A stretch of 64,000 nucleotides of DNA from a virus (IMGVR_UViG_3300049988_000245:96001-160000); one strand, 5' to 3'; shown: positions 46,639 through 55,769, counted from the stretch's first letter. Made by a program: numbers and translations. Notes: a model not told the origin generated them from the sequence alone.

Positions 46639-47029
46639 TACGCTCCTCGTAATGGAGCTTGCGGTGGCAGTTTGCGCAGAGAACAATGCATTTGGCGATC
46701 TCCCGCATGACACGTTTTCGCGCGGCTCGTGCGATCAGCGTGGCGACTCCGCCATCTTCCTTGTCGCCATTGGGATGGTGAAAATCGAGACAACCGGGGT
46801 GATTTTCTGGACAGCGCTCACATACAAGCGTTGACTTGTATTCGTGAAACCAAATCTTAGTTGTCTTCCTCTGAATAACTCTTTTCTTGAGATAAAAATC
46901 CTTATTTTCGAGGTAATGTTCTCGACGATAGGATTTTTGACAAACTTTACACTTTGATTGATGTCCGTTCCCACGCTTATTAAAGCAGGAAAACTCTTTC
47001 TGTTCTTTACAGTCACTGCATGTTCTCAT
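46625..47029 (-). CDS. HNH endonuclease (tRNA-cluster associated)
   Basis: CSDC..C..C N-terminal Zn motif, CERC..LDFHH, KCIVLCANCHRKLH; AT-rich. Confidence 0.9.
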   Translation of the reverse strand: MRTCSDCKEQKEFSCFNKRGNGHQSKCKVCQKSYRREHYLENKDFYLKKRVIQRKTTKIWFHEYKSTLVCERCPENHPGCLDFHHPNGDKEDGGVATLIARAARKRVMREIAKCIVLCANCHRKLHYEERITSL

Positions 47030-47061
47030 CCATTATTTATGTTGAGAACAGAACAGATATT

Positions 47062-47139
47062 TGGCGCGTCGTAACGGAGTCGAACCGATATTGCCCTGAG
47101 TGAAGGTCAGGTTTCCTAAGCCAATTAGAAGAACGACGC
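47062..47139 (-). tRNA. trnE: tRNA-Glu(TTC), C33 variant
   Basis: GCGTCGT/ACGACGC acceptor, anticodon loop CCTTCAC, TTCGA T-loop, encoded CCA. Confidence 0.88.
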
Positions 47140-47169
47140 ATTTCACCCGTCACGGTGAAAACTGGTAAA

Positions 47170-47245
47170 TGGCGCCCCCAGCCGAAGTCGAATCGGCGTC
47201 CCTGCACTGAGAATGCAGTATCCTGGGCCACTAGACGATGGGGGC
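47170..47245 (-). tRNA. trnE: tRNA-Glu(CTC)
   Basis: GCCCCCA/TGGGGGC acceptor, loop TTCTCAG, encoded CCA. Confidence 0.92.
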
Positions 47246-47247
47246 AT

Positions 47248-47322
47248 TGGCGCACACGACGAGGATCGAACTCGCGACAACCGCATCGACAGTGCGGTAC
47301 TCTACCACTGAGCTACGTGTGC
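47248..47322 (-). tRNA. trnD: tRNA-Asp(GTC)
   Basis: GCACACG/CGTGTGC acceptor, loop CTGTCGA, encoded CCA. Confidence 0.92.
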
Positions 47323-47365
47323 ATCTCGATCCCGTGGGATCAAGAAACTGGTAACCGGTAAGGCC

Positions 47366-47400
47366 AAAGAAAAAGGCCCAACCGGGGTGCGGTGGGCCTT
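47366..47400 (-). terminator. intrinsic terminator upstream of tRNA cluster
   Basis: AAGGCCCACCG-CACCC-CGGTTGGGCCTT-TTTCTTT. Confidence 0.75.
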
Positions 47401-47464
47401 GGATCAGATCGCTCAGAAGCGCTCAGATGGTCAGGTCACCGCGTTAGCGATGACCCACGAACGG

Positions 47465-47527
47465 TCACCGCTGGAAGGTATCTTCCTCGCGTTCATCAAG
47501 ACGGATGCTGGTGAAGTTCGTGTTCAT
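47465..47527 (-). CDS. 20-aa putative leader peptide MNTNFTSIRLDEREEDTFQR
   Basis: TAAATA-N5-ATG start; Asp/Glu run; followed by alternative hairpins and terminator. Confidence 0.5.
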   Translation of the reverse strand: MNTNFTSIRLDEREEDTFQR

Positions 47528-47806
47528 GATTCTATTTATGTCAGAGTGCTGAATCGGAGTCAACCAATTTCGTCAAACTTTTTTCACGAGGGGTGTTTGC
47601 CCTCGTAAAGGGCCACCGATCGTAGTGCGACGAGGACGGCCAGATTGACGAACATGACGAGAAGAGATGCCCCGCTGGGGTGCATCATGACGGCAGTGAG
47701 TGAGAACGAGATAAAAATGAGCCAAACCGAGACCCGGTTGGTGATAAGGAATCTCCCCATGGGAGCGCTCCGAGGTTGTCCCGCACCATCTAACGCGGGA
47801 CAATAT

Positions 47807-48199
47807 TTAGCTTGCGAGCACGGCAGCGCGGCGCGCGATAGCGAGGAACGTTCCGTTCTGGCAGGCCGAGGCAAGAAGCCCTTCGACGAACCTTTCTTGG
47901 CGGATCATCGCGGTGATGACCTTCCGGATTTCCTCCTCCGTGGCCACACTGAAGTCGGATTGGACCCGGTCGGCGTCCGCAGTATGAATCCATTCGGGCC
48001 ACGCAAATCCCTTCAGCATCAAGGGGTAGCAGGCATCGAGGAACGCAGACATATCCTTGCCGTGGTCGAACCACGGCATCGTCATGGTGTTCTCGGCGAC
48101 CGTCTCCCCGCCTGCCCACTTCCCGGAGTCAAACGTGCCTGCCTCCAGCGCGGGGATGAAAGCCGCAAGGGCTGCAAAATGCTCTTTCATGGTGCTCAC
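47807..48199 (-). CDS. DUF6508-like protein
   Basis: F.W..W, I.K.ITA.IRQERF.EG.L..A..NG..L.I.RR pattern. Confidence 0.65.
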   Translation of the reverse strand: MSTMKEHFAALAAFIPALEAGTFDSGKWAGGETVAENTMTMPWFDHGKDMSAFLDACYPLMLKGFAWPEWIHTADADRVQSDFSVATEEEIRKVITAMIRQERFVEGLLASACQNGTFLAIARRAAVLAS

Positions 48200-49137
48200 C
48201 TTAGACGGAGGGAATCACGCTTGGCCGTGACCCGATCGATGATTTTCTTGTCGATCGGGAATGTTCCGACCTCCGCCAGGATCGCGGTAGCCAGATAGTC
48301 GTCCGCGTAGACGATACCGGAGAACGGCTTCGCAGTGGGGCGCTTCGATCCGCGTGAACCGACACCCATCAACTGATCGTACAGGTTCCGCCACGCGCCA
48401 CCATCGATCACGACCCCACCGGGCTTCGTCGCGAGCTTCACGCTCAGGTTTCCGCTAACTCGGCTGAGGACGTTCGCAAGCTCGGGCGACGGCGCCGGTA
48501 GGGCCACACGGGCGGAACGCTCCTTCTTGTCCTTGCCCGCCCGCATGATCCGGGTGAGAACCCCTGTAGGACGGTTCCACAATAGGTGGATGAATATCTT
48601 CCAGTGCGTTTTCACGAATTTCGGGGACGCCGCATAGAAGGCCGCCGCCATCACTCCACCGAGTACACCCGCGAAGAAAACTAGAAACGACACCTTTCCG
48701 ACGTCGAGCCCGTCGAAGCGAAGGTGGGTAAATGAGCCTGATCGGGCGACCATCATGATGTAGACACCAACGATCCAGCAGAGACCAAACAGCGTGTACC
48801 ATGCGATCAGGCCGCTGACACGCTTTGCTTCCTTGACCGCGTTGATAGCAACGAACCCATCCGAATCGGGCTCGACCTGCCAGAGGTTCGATTCTTTGCA
48901 GATACTGTCCCACCACACATTAGGGAGGATTACCAACGGCGCCACGCCGCTCGCCGTGAGCCTGCTCTGAAGGCGTGCCGCCGCTTGTTCGTAATCCTTC
49001 GCGCTGAGTGTCCAGTCTTCGCTGGCCCTTTGCGGCGCCTCGACCGCGAACCCGCCGACGTACTTCACCGTGGTTGGTGTCGGACCCTGATCGATGGCGG
49101 AGCCGGTGACCTTCGAGAGGTAGGAAAAGTTCGACAT
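48196..49137 (-). CDS. two-TM membrane protein
   Basis: Two hydrophobic helices mid-protein; TAATG coupling to FKMRW gene. Confidence 0.6.
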   Translation of the reverse strand: MSNFSYLSKVTGSAIDQGPTPTTVKYVGGFAVEAPQRASEDWTLSAKDYEQAAARLQSRLTASGVAPLVILPNVWWDSICKESNLWQVEPDSDGFVAINAVKEAKRVSGLIAWYTLFGLCWIVGVYIMMVARSGSFTHLRFDGLDVGKVSFLVFFAGVLGGVMAAAFYAASPKFVKTHWKIFIHLLWNRPTGVLTRIMRAGKDKKERSARVALPAPSPELANVLSRVSGNLSVKLATKPGGVVIDGGAWRNLYDQLMGVGSRGSKRPTAKPFSGIVYADDYLATAILAEVGTFPIDKKIIDRVTAKRDSLRLR

Positions 49138-49391
49138 TAAATCCATCTCATCTTGAACGCGAAGGCGTCGTGCGTGGCGTAGAAATCCATAAAGATGCGA
49201 TGTTGATCGATCCCACCGAGAAGCGGACCCGCGACCACTCCGAAATGGCACTGATAGGCAATGTCATTTTCGTACATCCACTCTCGAACGGCATGGCTCG
49301 GACCCGTGAAATACCATCTTCGGTTAAGTGAACCTAACCGTGGCCGAAGCTCCATCTCGTGCTCCAGCCAAGGTAGGGCGACCGAATACAT
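49137..49391 (-). CDS. FKMRW-family small protein
   Basis: EWMYEN..FYATHDAFAFKMRWI. Confidence 0.8.
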   Translation of the reverse strand: MYSVALPWLEHEMELRPRLGSLNRRWYFTGPSHAVREWMYENDIAYQCHFGVVAGPLLGGIDQHRIFMDFYATHDAFAFKMRWI

Positions 49392-49393
49392 GG

Positions 49394-49651
49394 TTATCCC
49401 CAGCGCATTTTGAACGCGAATGCCTGATCGGCGGACATGGAAAGCGCAACCATGCCGGTGACTGATCGGTAGCAGTACCATCCCGGCGCGTTTTCGTCCA
49501 ACCAAATAAGCACGTTCGTCCGTAGGCTGAGTGGTAAGCTCCCCCATTCCTCTGCTGGTCCATATGCGATACCGACGACCTGCGGATGACTCAGATCATC
49601 AATAAAGGTGCGCATGAGGCCCGTGTGAGGGGGAACGGATTGGAATCTCAT
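49394..49651 (-). CDS. FKMRW-family small protein
   Basis: WLDENA..MSADQAFAFKMRWG. Confidence 0.8.
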   Translation of the reverse strand: MRFQSVPPHTGLMRTFIDDLSHPQVVGIAYGPAEEWGSLPLSLRTNVLIWLDENAPGWYCYRSVTGMVALSMSADQAFAFKMRWG

Positions 49652-49789
49652 AGCTCCGTTCTAACAGATTTCAGTAAATTTGGTCGATCAGGATTGTGGA
49701 TTGGTTAACAGCGCATAGATTAACTCCCGAGCAATCCGGTGCAGGATTCGACATAAATACATAGCACACTCCCGCACTGGAGACCTATC

Positions 49790-50155
49790 ATGAAGCCTAT
49801 TTCGAACCAGAACTTCGGCAATCTTGCCGGTAAGATCAAGATGACCTACCACAACGGTACCGCCGTTGTTGACGGTTACATTGTCAAGCAGATCGGCACT
49901 GGCCGTTTCGTTTGCGCGCCCCTGGCGAACTCGACCACGCAGAGCACGGTCGTTCTCGCATCCACCACCCCGGCTGCGACCACCCTGACCCCCGGCTACG
50001 GCACGATCAAGGGCTCGACCTTCGGTTCGAATGCTGTTGAGTACGTCTCGGTCATCCGTGGCGCGACCTGCGTGACAACTGGTGGCGTCAGCTACTCGTG
50101 GAATATCGGTGGTGCTTCCAAGCCGGGCAACCTCGGCCTCTCGTCCATCATCTAA
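49790..50155 (+). CDS. small late/structural protein
   Basis: TAAATA box at 49754, GGAG SD, Thr/Gly-rich. Confidence 0.55.
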   Translation: MKPISNQNFGNLAGKIKMTYHNGTAVVDGYIVKQIGTGRFVCAPLANSTTQSTVVLASTTPAATTLTPGYGTIKGSTFGSNAVEYVSVIRGATCVTTGGVSYSWNIGGASKPGNLGLSSII

Positions 50156-50164
50156 GAAGGCAGA

Positions 50165-50180
50165 GGGGGCTTCGGCCCCC
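50165..50180 (+). terminator. UUCG-tetraloop hairpin
   Basis: GGGGGC-TTCG-GCCCCC; lacks a clear U-tract. Confidence 0.45.
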
Positions 50181-50188
50181 GATTCCCC

Positions 50189-50590
50189 ATGCGTTTCTTC
50201 ATCGACCTGATTGAATCTGCTGGCGCGATCACCTGGGAAACCCCCAAGGGTCGGCACAACGATGTGCCCGTATGGATCGACATCCAGGCGCTCGACCACT
50301 CATGGGCTCAGGATGAGCTTCACGTGGGCCAGGGCGGCGAAGGTGGAATGAAGCGTCGGTACGACGGGTTCGGCCGGTGGATCGCCTCAGCGACCGTTCC
50401 TGTGCAAATGCCAGAGGTTGCTCTGAGCCACCGCAATGAGGTGGCTTTCACCAATGGGCGTCACCGGTTTTCATGGCTGCGCGATCATGGTGCCGAGGCC
50501 ATGCCGGTGCTTGTGGACAAGTCCCAGGCCGGGGAATTCGCCCGCCGTTTCGGCACCTCAGTAAGAATCACAAAATACCACCCAGAGTAA
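50189..50590 (+). CDS. ParB/Srx-like domain protein
   Basis: MPEV..VAFTNGRHR..WLRD.G...MPV motif. Confidence 0.7.
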   Translation: MRFFIDLIESAGAITWETPKGRHNDVPVWIDIQALDHSWAQDELHVGQGGEGGMKRRYDGFGRWIASATVPVQMPEVALSHRNEVAFTNGRHRFSWLRDHGAEAMPVLVDKSQAGEFARRFGTSVRITKYHPE

Positions 50591-50671
50591 GTTGACATCC
50601 TCACGGATTGCTGTACATTACGGACATCGGCAAGGGAAACCAACCAGTCCACAGCATCAGGAGAGATTCAA

Positions 50672-50917
50672 ATGGGTGAAGCCAAGCGTCGCGCTCTGTA
50701 CCGTGCCAACCTCGCCGCCCTGGCGCGGATCGACCGCGAGGCTGAGGAAGCTCTCTACCAAAAGCGTCTCGCCGCTTCCCGTAAGGGCGTGGCCACCCGT
50801 GCGGCTAACAAGGAAGCTGCCGCCAAGCGCTCCGAGGCGGCCAAGCGCGCCGCCCAGACCCGCCGCCTCAATCGCGAGACCGCCCTCGACAATGCTGGCT
50901 GGAACCCGCGCCTCTAA
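50672..50917 (+). CDS. small basic helical protein
   Basis: MGEAKRR start, GGAG SD. Confidence 0.6.
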   Translation: MGEAKRRALYRANLAALARIDREAEEALYQKRLAASRKGVATRAANKEAAAKRSEAAKRAAQTRRLNRETALDNAGWNPRL

Positions 50918-50990
50918 GCAACCCCGGCCTATTGATTAGCGTTCACGCTCCGTGCTTAGTCGCGGGGCGTGAATCCGTTTGGGGTAACTG

Positions 50991-51254
50991 ATGCTTATAG
51001 AACACCGCGATACGGCTATGCGGCTGAAAGAACACCTCAAGACCCAGCGGGCCATCGACCCTACCGTGGGCGTGGGGTCGGCATTCCGGCCCGGCCTGAC
51101 CGAGGGTAGCGTCGTCGTGCCCGCGTTGTACGTGTATCTGAGCGAGGTCGATATGAAGCGCATCTCGCTGCCCCTGAACGAGTTCGAGGGGATGCCGGTG
51201 ATCTACCGGGTCGGGGAAGCTCGAATCTCGGGGACCAAGGCCGGGCAGTGGTGA
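50991..51254 (+). CDS. hypothetical protein
   Basis: Coupled to FKMRW pair downstream. Confidence 0.5.
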   Translation: MLIEHRDTAMRLKEHLKTQRAIDPTVGVGSAFRPGLTEGSVVVPALYVYLSEVDMKRISLPLNEFEGMPVIYRVGEARISGTKAGQW

Positions 51255-51514
51255 TCGAACGCTCCGGTCTGGGATTTGCCCTAAGCCCGGATGGGCTGGA
51301 CGTGTTCCGTGAGATCAAATCCATGCAAGGGTCTGTATATGGGTTCGATTTCGTCGCCATCGGCGATTGGTTGATCGATAACGATTATCATCTCTATCTG
51401 CTCTATAGAGAGAAAGTGATGAAGAAAGGAGTTACGTATGATTCTAATTGCATAGGTGGTTTCTTTATGGAATCTGAGGAGCATCACGTGGCGTTCCGGA
51501 TGCGTTGGTTCTGA
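51251..51514 (+). CDS. FKMRW-family small protein
   Basis: DWLIDN..MESEEHHVAFRMRWF. Confidence 0.75.
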   Translation: MIERSGLGFALSPDGLDVFREIKSMQGSVYGFDFVAIGDWLIDNDYHLYLLYREKVMKKGVTYDSNCIGGFFMESEEHHVAFRMRWF

Positions 51515-51801
51515 TGCCGCTGATTCGGATATCCGACACGATGACGTTCCGAGAGACCGACACTTTGGTGATCAAAGAATGCGAGGACGGCTGGTGGGGC
51601 TATGCTTTCATCCGGCCGTATCCGGATAACATGCTCCCTCCAGGGGATCACAGTTTCGAAACAGTCTACTCCGACGCCCTAGCATGGTGTCAGGAGCGAT
51701 TCGGAATTCCAATCAAACGCTGGAAGCCCGCAATCAGCGATCTATTCATCCTGCTCCACCGCGAGTCAGACGCGTTCGAATTTAATCTTCGCTGGTGTTA
51801 A
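51514..51801 (+). CDS. FKMRW-family small protein
   Basis: RPYP..AWCQERFG..LHRESDAFEFNLRWC. Confidence 0.78.
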   Translation: MPLIRISDTMTFRETDTLVIKECEDGWWGYAFIRPYPDNMLPPGDHSFETVYSDALAWCQERFGIPIKRWKPAISDLFILLHRESDAFEFNLRWC

Positions 51802-51855
51802 CCAAACGACCAGGATCGGTTTGACGAATCGCATGATTCGGGTTATCTTAGCCGT

Positions 51856-52368
51856 ATGAATTATTACGACATCGCATACAAGTTCGCGGAGGAAGGTCAC
51901 GCGAATCAGACTGATAAGGCCGGTCTCCCGTATTTCGGGCATGTTCTCCGGGTTGTCGAGGGCGTCCGTCGCCATCTGGCGCGGCTTCCCCCTGGACTGC
52001 TCACCCAAGACCAGATCACCGCGATCCTCTGCGCCGCCGTGCTCCACGATGTGGTTGAGGACGAGGAGATCACCGGCAAGACCTACGCGATGTTGGAGGC
52101 CCTGGGCCTTCCCGATGAAGTCCTAGTCATGGTTCGCCGCCTTGACAAGCGATTCAAGATCGGTACCTACGTGAACAACATCGAGTTGATCGCCATGGAG
52201 GGGAACATTGGCGTCATCATGATCAAAAAGTCCGACACCGAGGACAACAACGATCCCGAGCGGATCGCTTCTCTGCCGGAGTCGGAGCGGTCAATCACCA
52301 ACCGATACAATCGGACGGGATCAATCCTGAACGCAGCGTTCGAAGAGTACGTTAGGGATCGCACCTAA
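51856..52368 (+). CDS. HD-domain hydrolase, (p)ppGpp hydrolase (MESH1/SpoT HD)-like
   Basis: A...H..Q.DKAG.PY..H, AAVLHDVVED, IK.SD..DN motifs. Confidence 0.85.
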   Translation: MNYYDIAYKFAEEGHANQTDKAGLPYFGHVLRVVEGVRRHLARLPPGLLTQDQITAILCAAVLHDVVEDEEITGKTYAMLEALGLPDEVLVMVRRLDKRFKIGTYVNNIELIAMEGNIGVIMIKKSDTEDNNDPERIASLPESERSITNRYNRTGSILNAAFEEYVRDRT

Positions 52369-52390
52369 CGGATCATATATGATCCGTTAG
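52365..52390. repeat. 26-bp perfect palindrome
   Basis: CTAACGGATCATATATGATCCGTTAG equals its own reverse complement. Confidence 0.95.
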
Positions 52391-52578
52391 ACCAGATTAC
52401 GTTTCATGTATGAGACGTTACGAGATGCGCGGAAGCTCTTGGGTCCAGACCCGTAAATGAGCGCCACTGCCCGTTGGGCGAAGAGGGCCGTCGATCCGGC
52501 ACCGCGCATAGGATCGTCTGTCGCTGGGAACGGCGGATGATGGGGGGAGGGGCCGTGCTGGGAACACGGCCCTAACCT

Positions 52579-52788
52579 TCAATCCGATGGAGGTTTGTCG
52601 TCCGGTTTTGCCGCGACCGACCCGATGATGAAGCCGACCATCATCGCCTGTTGCTCCGCCTCGGTCTTGGGAAGCATCCCGAGCTTGTCGAGGAGCAGGC
52701 AGGCCCCGAGAAGAACTATAAACGTCACGCCGAACTGAAATACGAGCGCCATCAAGGCGAAGAGAACGTTCAGCAGAACCTCGTTCAT
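52579..52788 (-). CDS. small membrane protein
   Basis: Hydrophobic helices; ATGA overlap with topoisomerase gene. Confidence 0.55.
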   Translation of the reverse strand: MNEVLLNVLFALMALVFQFGVTFIVLLGACLLLDKLGMLPKTEAEQQAMMVGFIIGSVAAKPDDKPPSD

Positions 52789-54134
52789 TTTAACTTCACC
52801 AGTTCGTCGAGTTCGGACAAGTAGACGGCCTTCAATTTTGCCGGGTCTTCCAGGGTGGCCTTATAGTCGAAAATGCTTGTGCTCAGCGCAGCAATTTTCG
52901 TTTCCACCTCCGCTTCGAATTCCTTGGTCCAGCGGTACGTCGCAAGGTTTAGCACGCGATCCATCTGGCTGTCGATGACGAAAAGCTTCGCTTTCTTAAC
53001 CACCTTGGAGACTTCTTCCGCCATGGCTGCGCGATCCGTAAACGTCCCAAGCTTCTTAGTGAATCCGGCCTGGAACAGTGCCCGCAGCACCAGCCAGTAG
53101 TTTCGCTCGTGATCGGTATCCGCGAGTAGCTTTTCAAACCGCTTCGTATACCAACTCAGACGCCATTCGACGAAGTCTCGAACCACCGAGGCGGCGTCCG
53201 AGTACGTGCGGATGGAAATGCCGTTCCAATCGATCACCACGATGCGTTCGGTGGTCTTCTCCCGAAGTTTGAAGTAGTCGATGGCCGTGTCTGGCTTCCA
53301 ATTCTTGATTGAGCCGCGTTTGAACTTTACCGAAATATCAATCGAATCAGTTGAACGATCGGTGAATGAGACAATCGTATCGAGTTCTTCCATCTGAATC
53401 AGGCGCTTGCGGAAATTCTCCAGGGAGAGGTCCGGGGGAAGCTCAATGATCCGCACGGTGGACGAATCTTCGATCACCGCCTTGCCAGAAAACTCGTACT
53501 GATTCAGGCCAGTACCCTTCACGGTGATGTTGTAGCGGTCGTACGAGGGCTCCAACCCCTTCAGGGTCTCCTTCTCGTTCAATGCGTCCTTCGTGGCCTG
53601 TACGAGGCCCTTCAGGGCGCGCGGAAGGATTTCCGTGGACCATCCCACGGCAATCCCGGAGATGCCGTTGAGCAGCACCAGGGGAACCAGTGGGAGGAAG
53701 TGGATCGGCTCCTTGTTCGAGCCATCGTAATTGTCCTTCAGGGGAACCAGATCGAGATCGCGGTAGAGAAGCATCTCGGCGGTCTTCGCCCTCCGAACCT
53801 CGGTGTAACGGGGTGCGCCGATGCCCTCGACAGGAGCAACGCGGTTGCCGAACTGGCCCAGGCCCTCGATCAGCGGGGCGTTGTTCTTATAGGGTGCGGC
53901 CAGCAGGCCGATCATGTTGTTCGCTGAGGTCTCACCGTGCACGTACAGGCGCTCGTACCCCATCAGGCCGGAGAGCGCGAACGTCTTGAGCTTGTCCGGG
54001 CGATTGCGTAGCAGCCACAGGGCAATCCGCTGACCGTGCTTGAGCCCGTCTTGAACAGCGGGAATCGCGCGGGTCGCGCAGACGTAAATGGAATACTCGC
54101 GAGAGGAGTTGATCAGATATTGGCTGGCCGTCAT
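52785..54134 (-). CDS. gp52: type II topoisomerase, GyrA/ParC-like subunit (T4 gp52-like)
   Basis: DGLKHGQR, YVHGE, GQFG, GAPRYTE catalytic Tyr. Confidence 0.95.
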   Translation of the reverse strand: MTASQYLINSSREYSIYVCATRAIPAVQDGLKHGQRIALWLLRNRPDKLKTFALSGLMGYERLYVHGETSANNMIGLLAAPYKNNAPLIEGLGQFGNRVAPVEGIGAPRYTEVRRAKTAEMLLYRDLDLVPLKDNYDGSNKEPIHFLPLVPLVLLNGISGIAVGWSTEILPRALKGLVQATKDALNEKETLKGLEPSYDRYNITVKGTGLNQYEFSGKAVIEDSSTVRIIELPPDLSLENFRKRLIQMEELDTIVSFTDRSTDSIDISVKFKRGSIKNWKPDTAIDYFKLREKTTERIVVIDWNGISIRTYSDAASVVRDFVEWRLSWYTKRFEKLLADTDHERNYWLVLRALFQAGFTKKLGTFTDRAAMAEEVSKVVKKAKLFVIDSQMDRVLNLATYRWTKEFEAEVETKIAALSTSIFDYKATLEDPAKLKAVYLSELDELVKLK

Positions 54135-54184
54135 AATGCTCTTTACAAAATTAGACTAATATATATTCCAAAATCGCCGAATGA

Positions 54185-54613
54185 CTACCGATAAGTCAAC
54201 TTGAAAAAGATTGCGTCTTCGCTGCGCGTGAAATGGTAATTCATTCCATTGTCCGAGAACACCAGCATGATGCCAAACATGTTCTCGGCAAAATCCTGCA
54301 ATTCTCCGAACGGAACCGCTTTCGCATAAGACAGAACGACCGAACTCGGAGCAACCTCACGGGCGATCTGCGCGAAGGCAATGCGCGATTCCATATAGGC
54401 TTTCTGTTGCTGGTACTCGGCCTCGACGAATCGTGTCGAGTAGTGGTCCGTATCGACCATCTTCACTTGGAAGTCGCTGCTGCGTCGAATCTCGCCTGGA
54501 TTCAAGCTGGCAACGAATAGCCGCGCCTCATTCATGATGAGGGGCATATCCTTGCTATATCTACTACTTCCGGTAGGGGTGGAATCGTTTAAGATCGGGA
54601 CTATCGAGGACAA
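54185..54613 (-). CDS. divergent FKMRW-like protein
   Basis: Ends YHFTRSEDAIFFKLTYR. Confidence 0.55.
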   Translation of the reverse strand: MSSIVPILNDSTPTGSSRYSKDMPLIMNEARLFVASLNPGEIRRSSDFQVKMVDTDHYSTRFVEAEYQQQKAYMESRIAFAQIAREVAPSSVVLSYAKAVPFGELQDFAENMFGIMLVFSDNGMNYHFTRSEDAIFFKLTYR

Positions 54614-55088
54614 ATTTAGCCATCACTGCTTCTTTTATGTCCGAAAAGTACAGGATGGTACCTATGGAGTAACTATAAAAACGCGCGGCACGGCCCGATC
54701 GCCATGTTCCGTTCTGGTTACGGAATTCGCGAAGACTGTCCTCGTTCAGATTTGCCCCCGAGAGCACAACCTTATGTGGGGTGATACGTTCGAGTGCGAT
54801 CAGATGAGATTGCATCATGTCCATCATCTGCTGCTCCGTCTCAACCTTCCCGAAGGTGGTCTCGTACAGTTCATGGACTTTGCGGGAGAGCACAACCCGA
54901 CCCTCCTGGGCACCGAACACCGAAATGATCAGGGACGATGCCGCAATGATCAGATCGGTGCGTTCCAGGGAGAGTAGGTGGTCAGGTCTCACGTAAAGCG
55001 CGTTGAACACGGCCCGTTGTGCCTCCCTATGGCATTCCTCTGGGTAGTACGCGGTATAGCACCGCGTACACCCGCAATACAGAGGCAT
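54564..55088 (-). CDS. divergent FKMRW-like protein
   Basis: LYFSDIKEAVMAKF near C-terminus. Confidence 0.45.
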   Translation of the reverse strand: MPLYCGCTRCYTAYYPEECHREAQRAVFNALYVRPDHLLSLERTDLIIAASSLIISVFGAQEGRVVLSRKVHELYETTFGKVETEQQMMDMMQSHLIALERITPHKVVLSGANLNEDSLREFRNQNGTWRSGRAARFYSYSIGTILYFSDIKEAVMAKFVLDSPDLKRFHPYRK

Positions 55089-55100
55089 GGCCTAGGATGG

Positions 55101-55769
55101 TTAAAACGCCATCCGGGCGAATGCAGCTTCACCGGGATCGGAGAAATAGTAGGTCGCCGAGAGCGCGTCGATTGCCTCTTGCTTCCCAAAGTAGGCGCCG
55201 CTACTCAAGAATTTTTCCAGCTTGATCCGGGCTTCGCGATCAACCGAACCACCAACGATGCCCGAGGCGCCGTATTGCTGAAAGAACTTGATCCACTCTT
55301 CCGCTTTGATGATCCTGGGAGACTCGAACCGATGCAAGTAACGAGTCTCAAGAACCTCCTCGTACGCATCCAGCGCGGCGGTCTTGGTAAAGAACAGGTC
55401 GTGGTTGGTCTGAGACCAATGGTTGAACGCACCGAAGCTCAGAACGAGCGGGCGAGCGGTCTGCTCATCGATCCAGCGGTTGATCCACGGGATAAGGGAT
55501 TCGGATTCGAGGGCAATCACGGGATTCTCAATACCGGTCGCGTTAATGTAGTTGAAAATAGACAGTTCGTTCTCAAACAGGGTCGCATCAGTCACCGGAG
55601 GGACGATAATCTCATCCCCTGCGTCTTCGTTCTGTTTTGCCAGCCATGCGAGGTATTCCTCGTCCGTCTCCGTCTCGGGTTCTGGTTTCGGCTCAAACTC
55701 GTATGGCGCCCAGGCGGGATTCAACTTATTTTGTTTGAGCGTCCACTCTTGAATTTCTTGTTCTGTCAT
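55101..55769 (-). CDS. divergent FKMRW-like protein, two-domain
   Basis: WIDEQ..LFFTKTAALDAY, then YYFSDPGEAAFARMAF. Confidence 0.5.
   Translation of the reverse strand: MTEQEIQEWTLKQNKLNPAWAPYEFEPKPEPETETDEEYLAWLAKQNEDAGDEIIVPPVTDATLFENELSIFNYINATGIENPVIALESESLIPWINRWIDEQTARPLVLSFGAFNHWSQTNHDLFFTKTAALDAYEEVLETRYLHRFESPRIIKAEEWIKFFQQYGASGIVGGSVDREARIKLEKFLSSGAYFGKQEAIDALSATYYFSDPGEAAFARMAF

Noticed and set aside
47465-47527. tmRNA tag reading frame
   Set aside because: It starts with ATG, lacks an Ala-Ala C-terminus, and no tRNA-like domain is recognisable.
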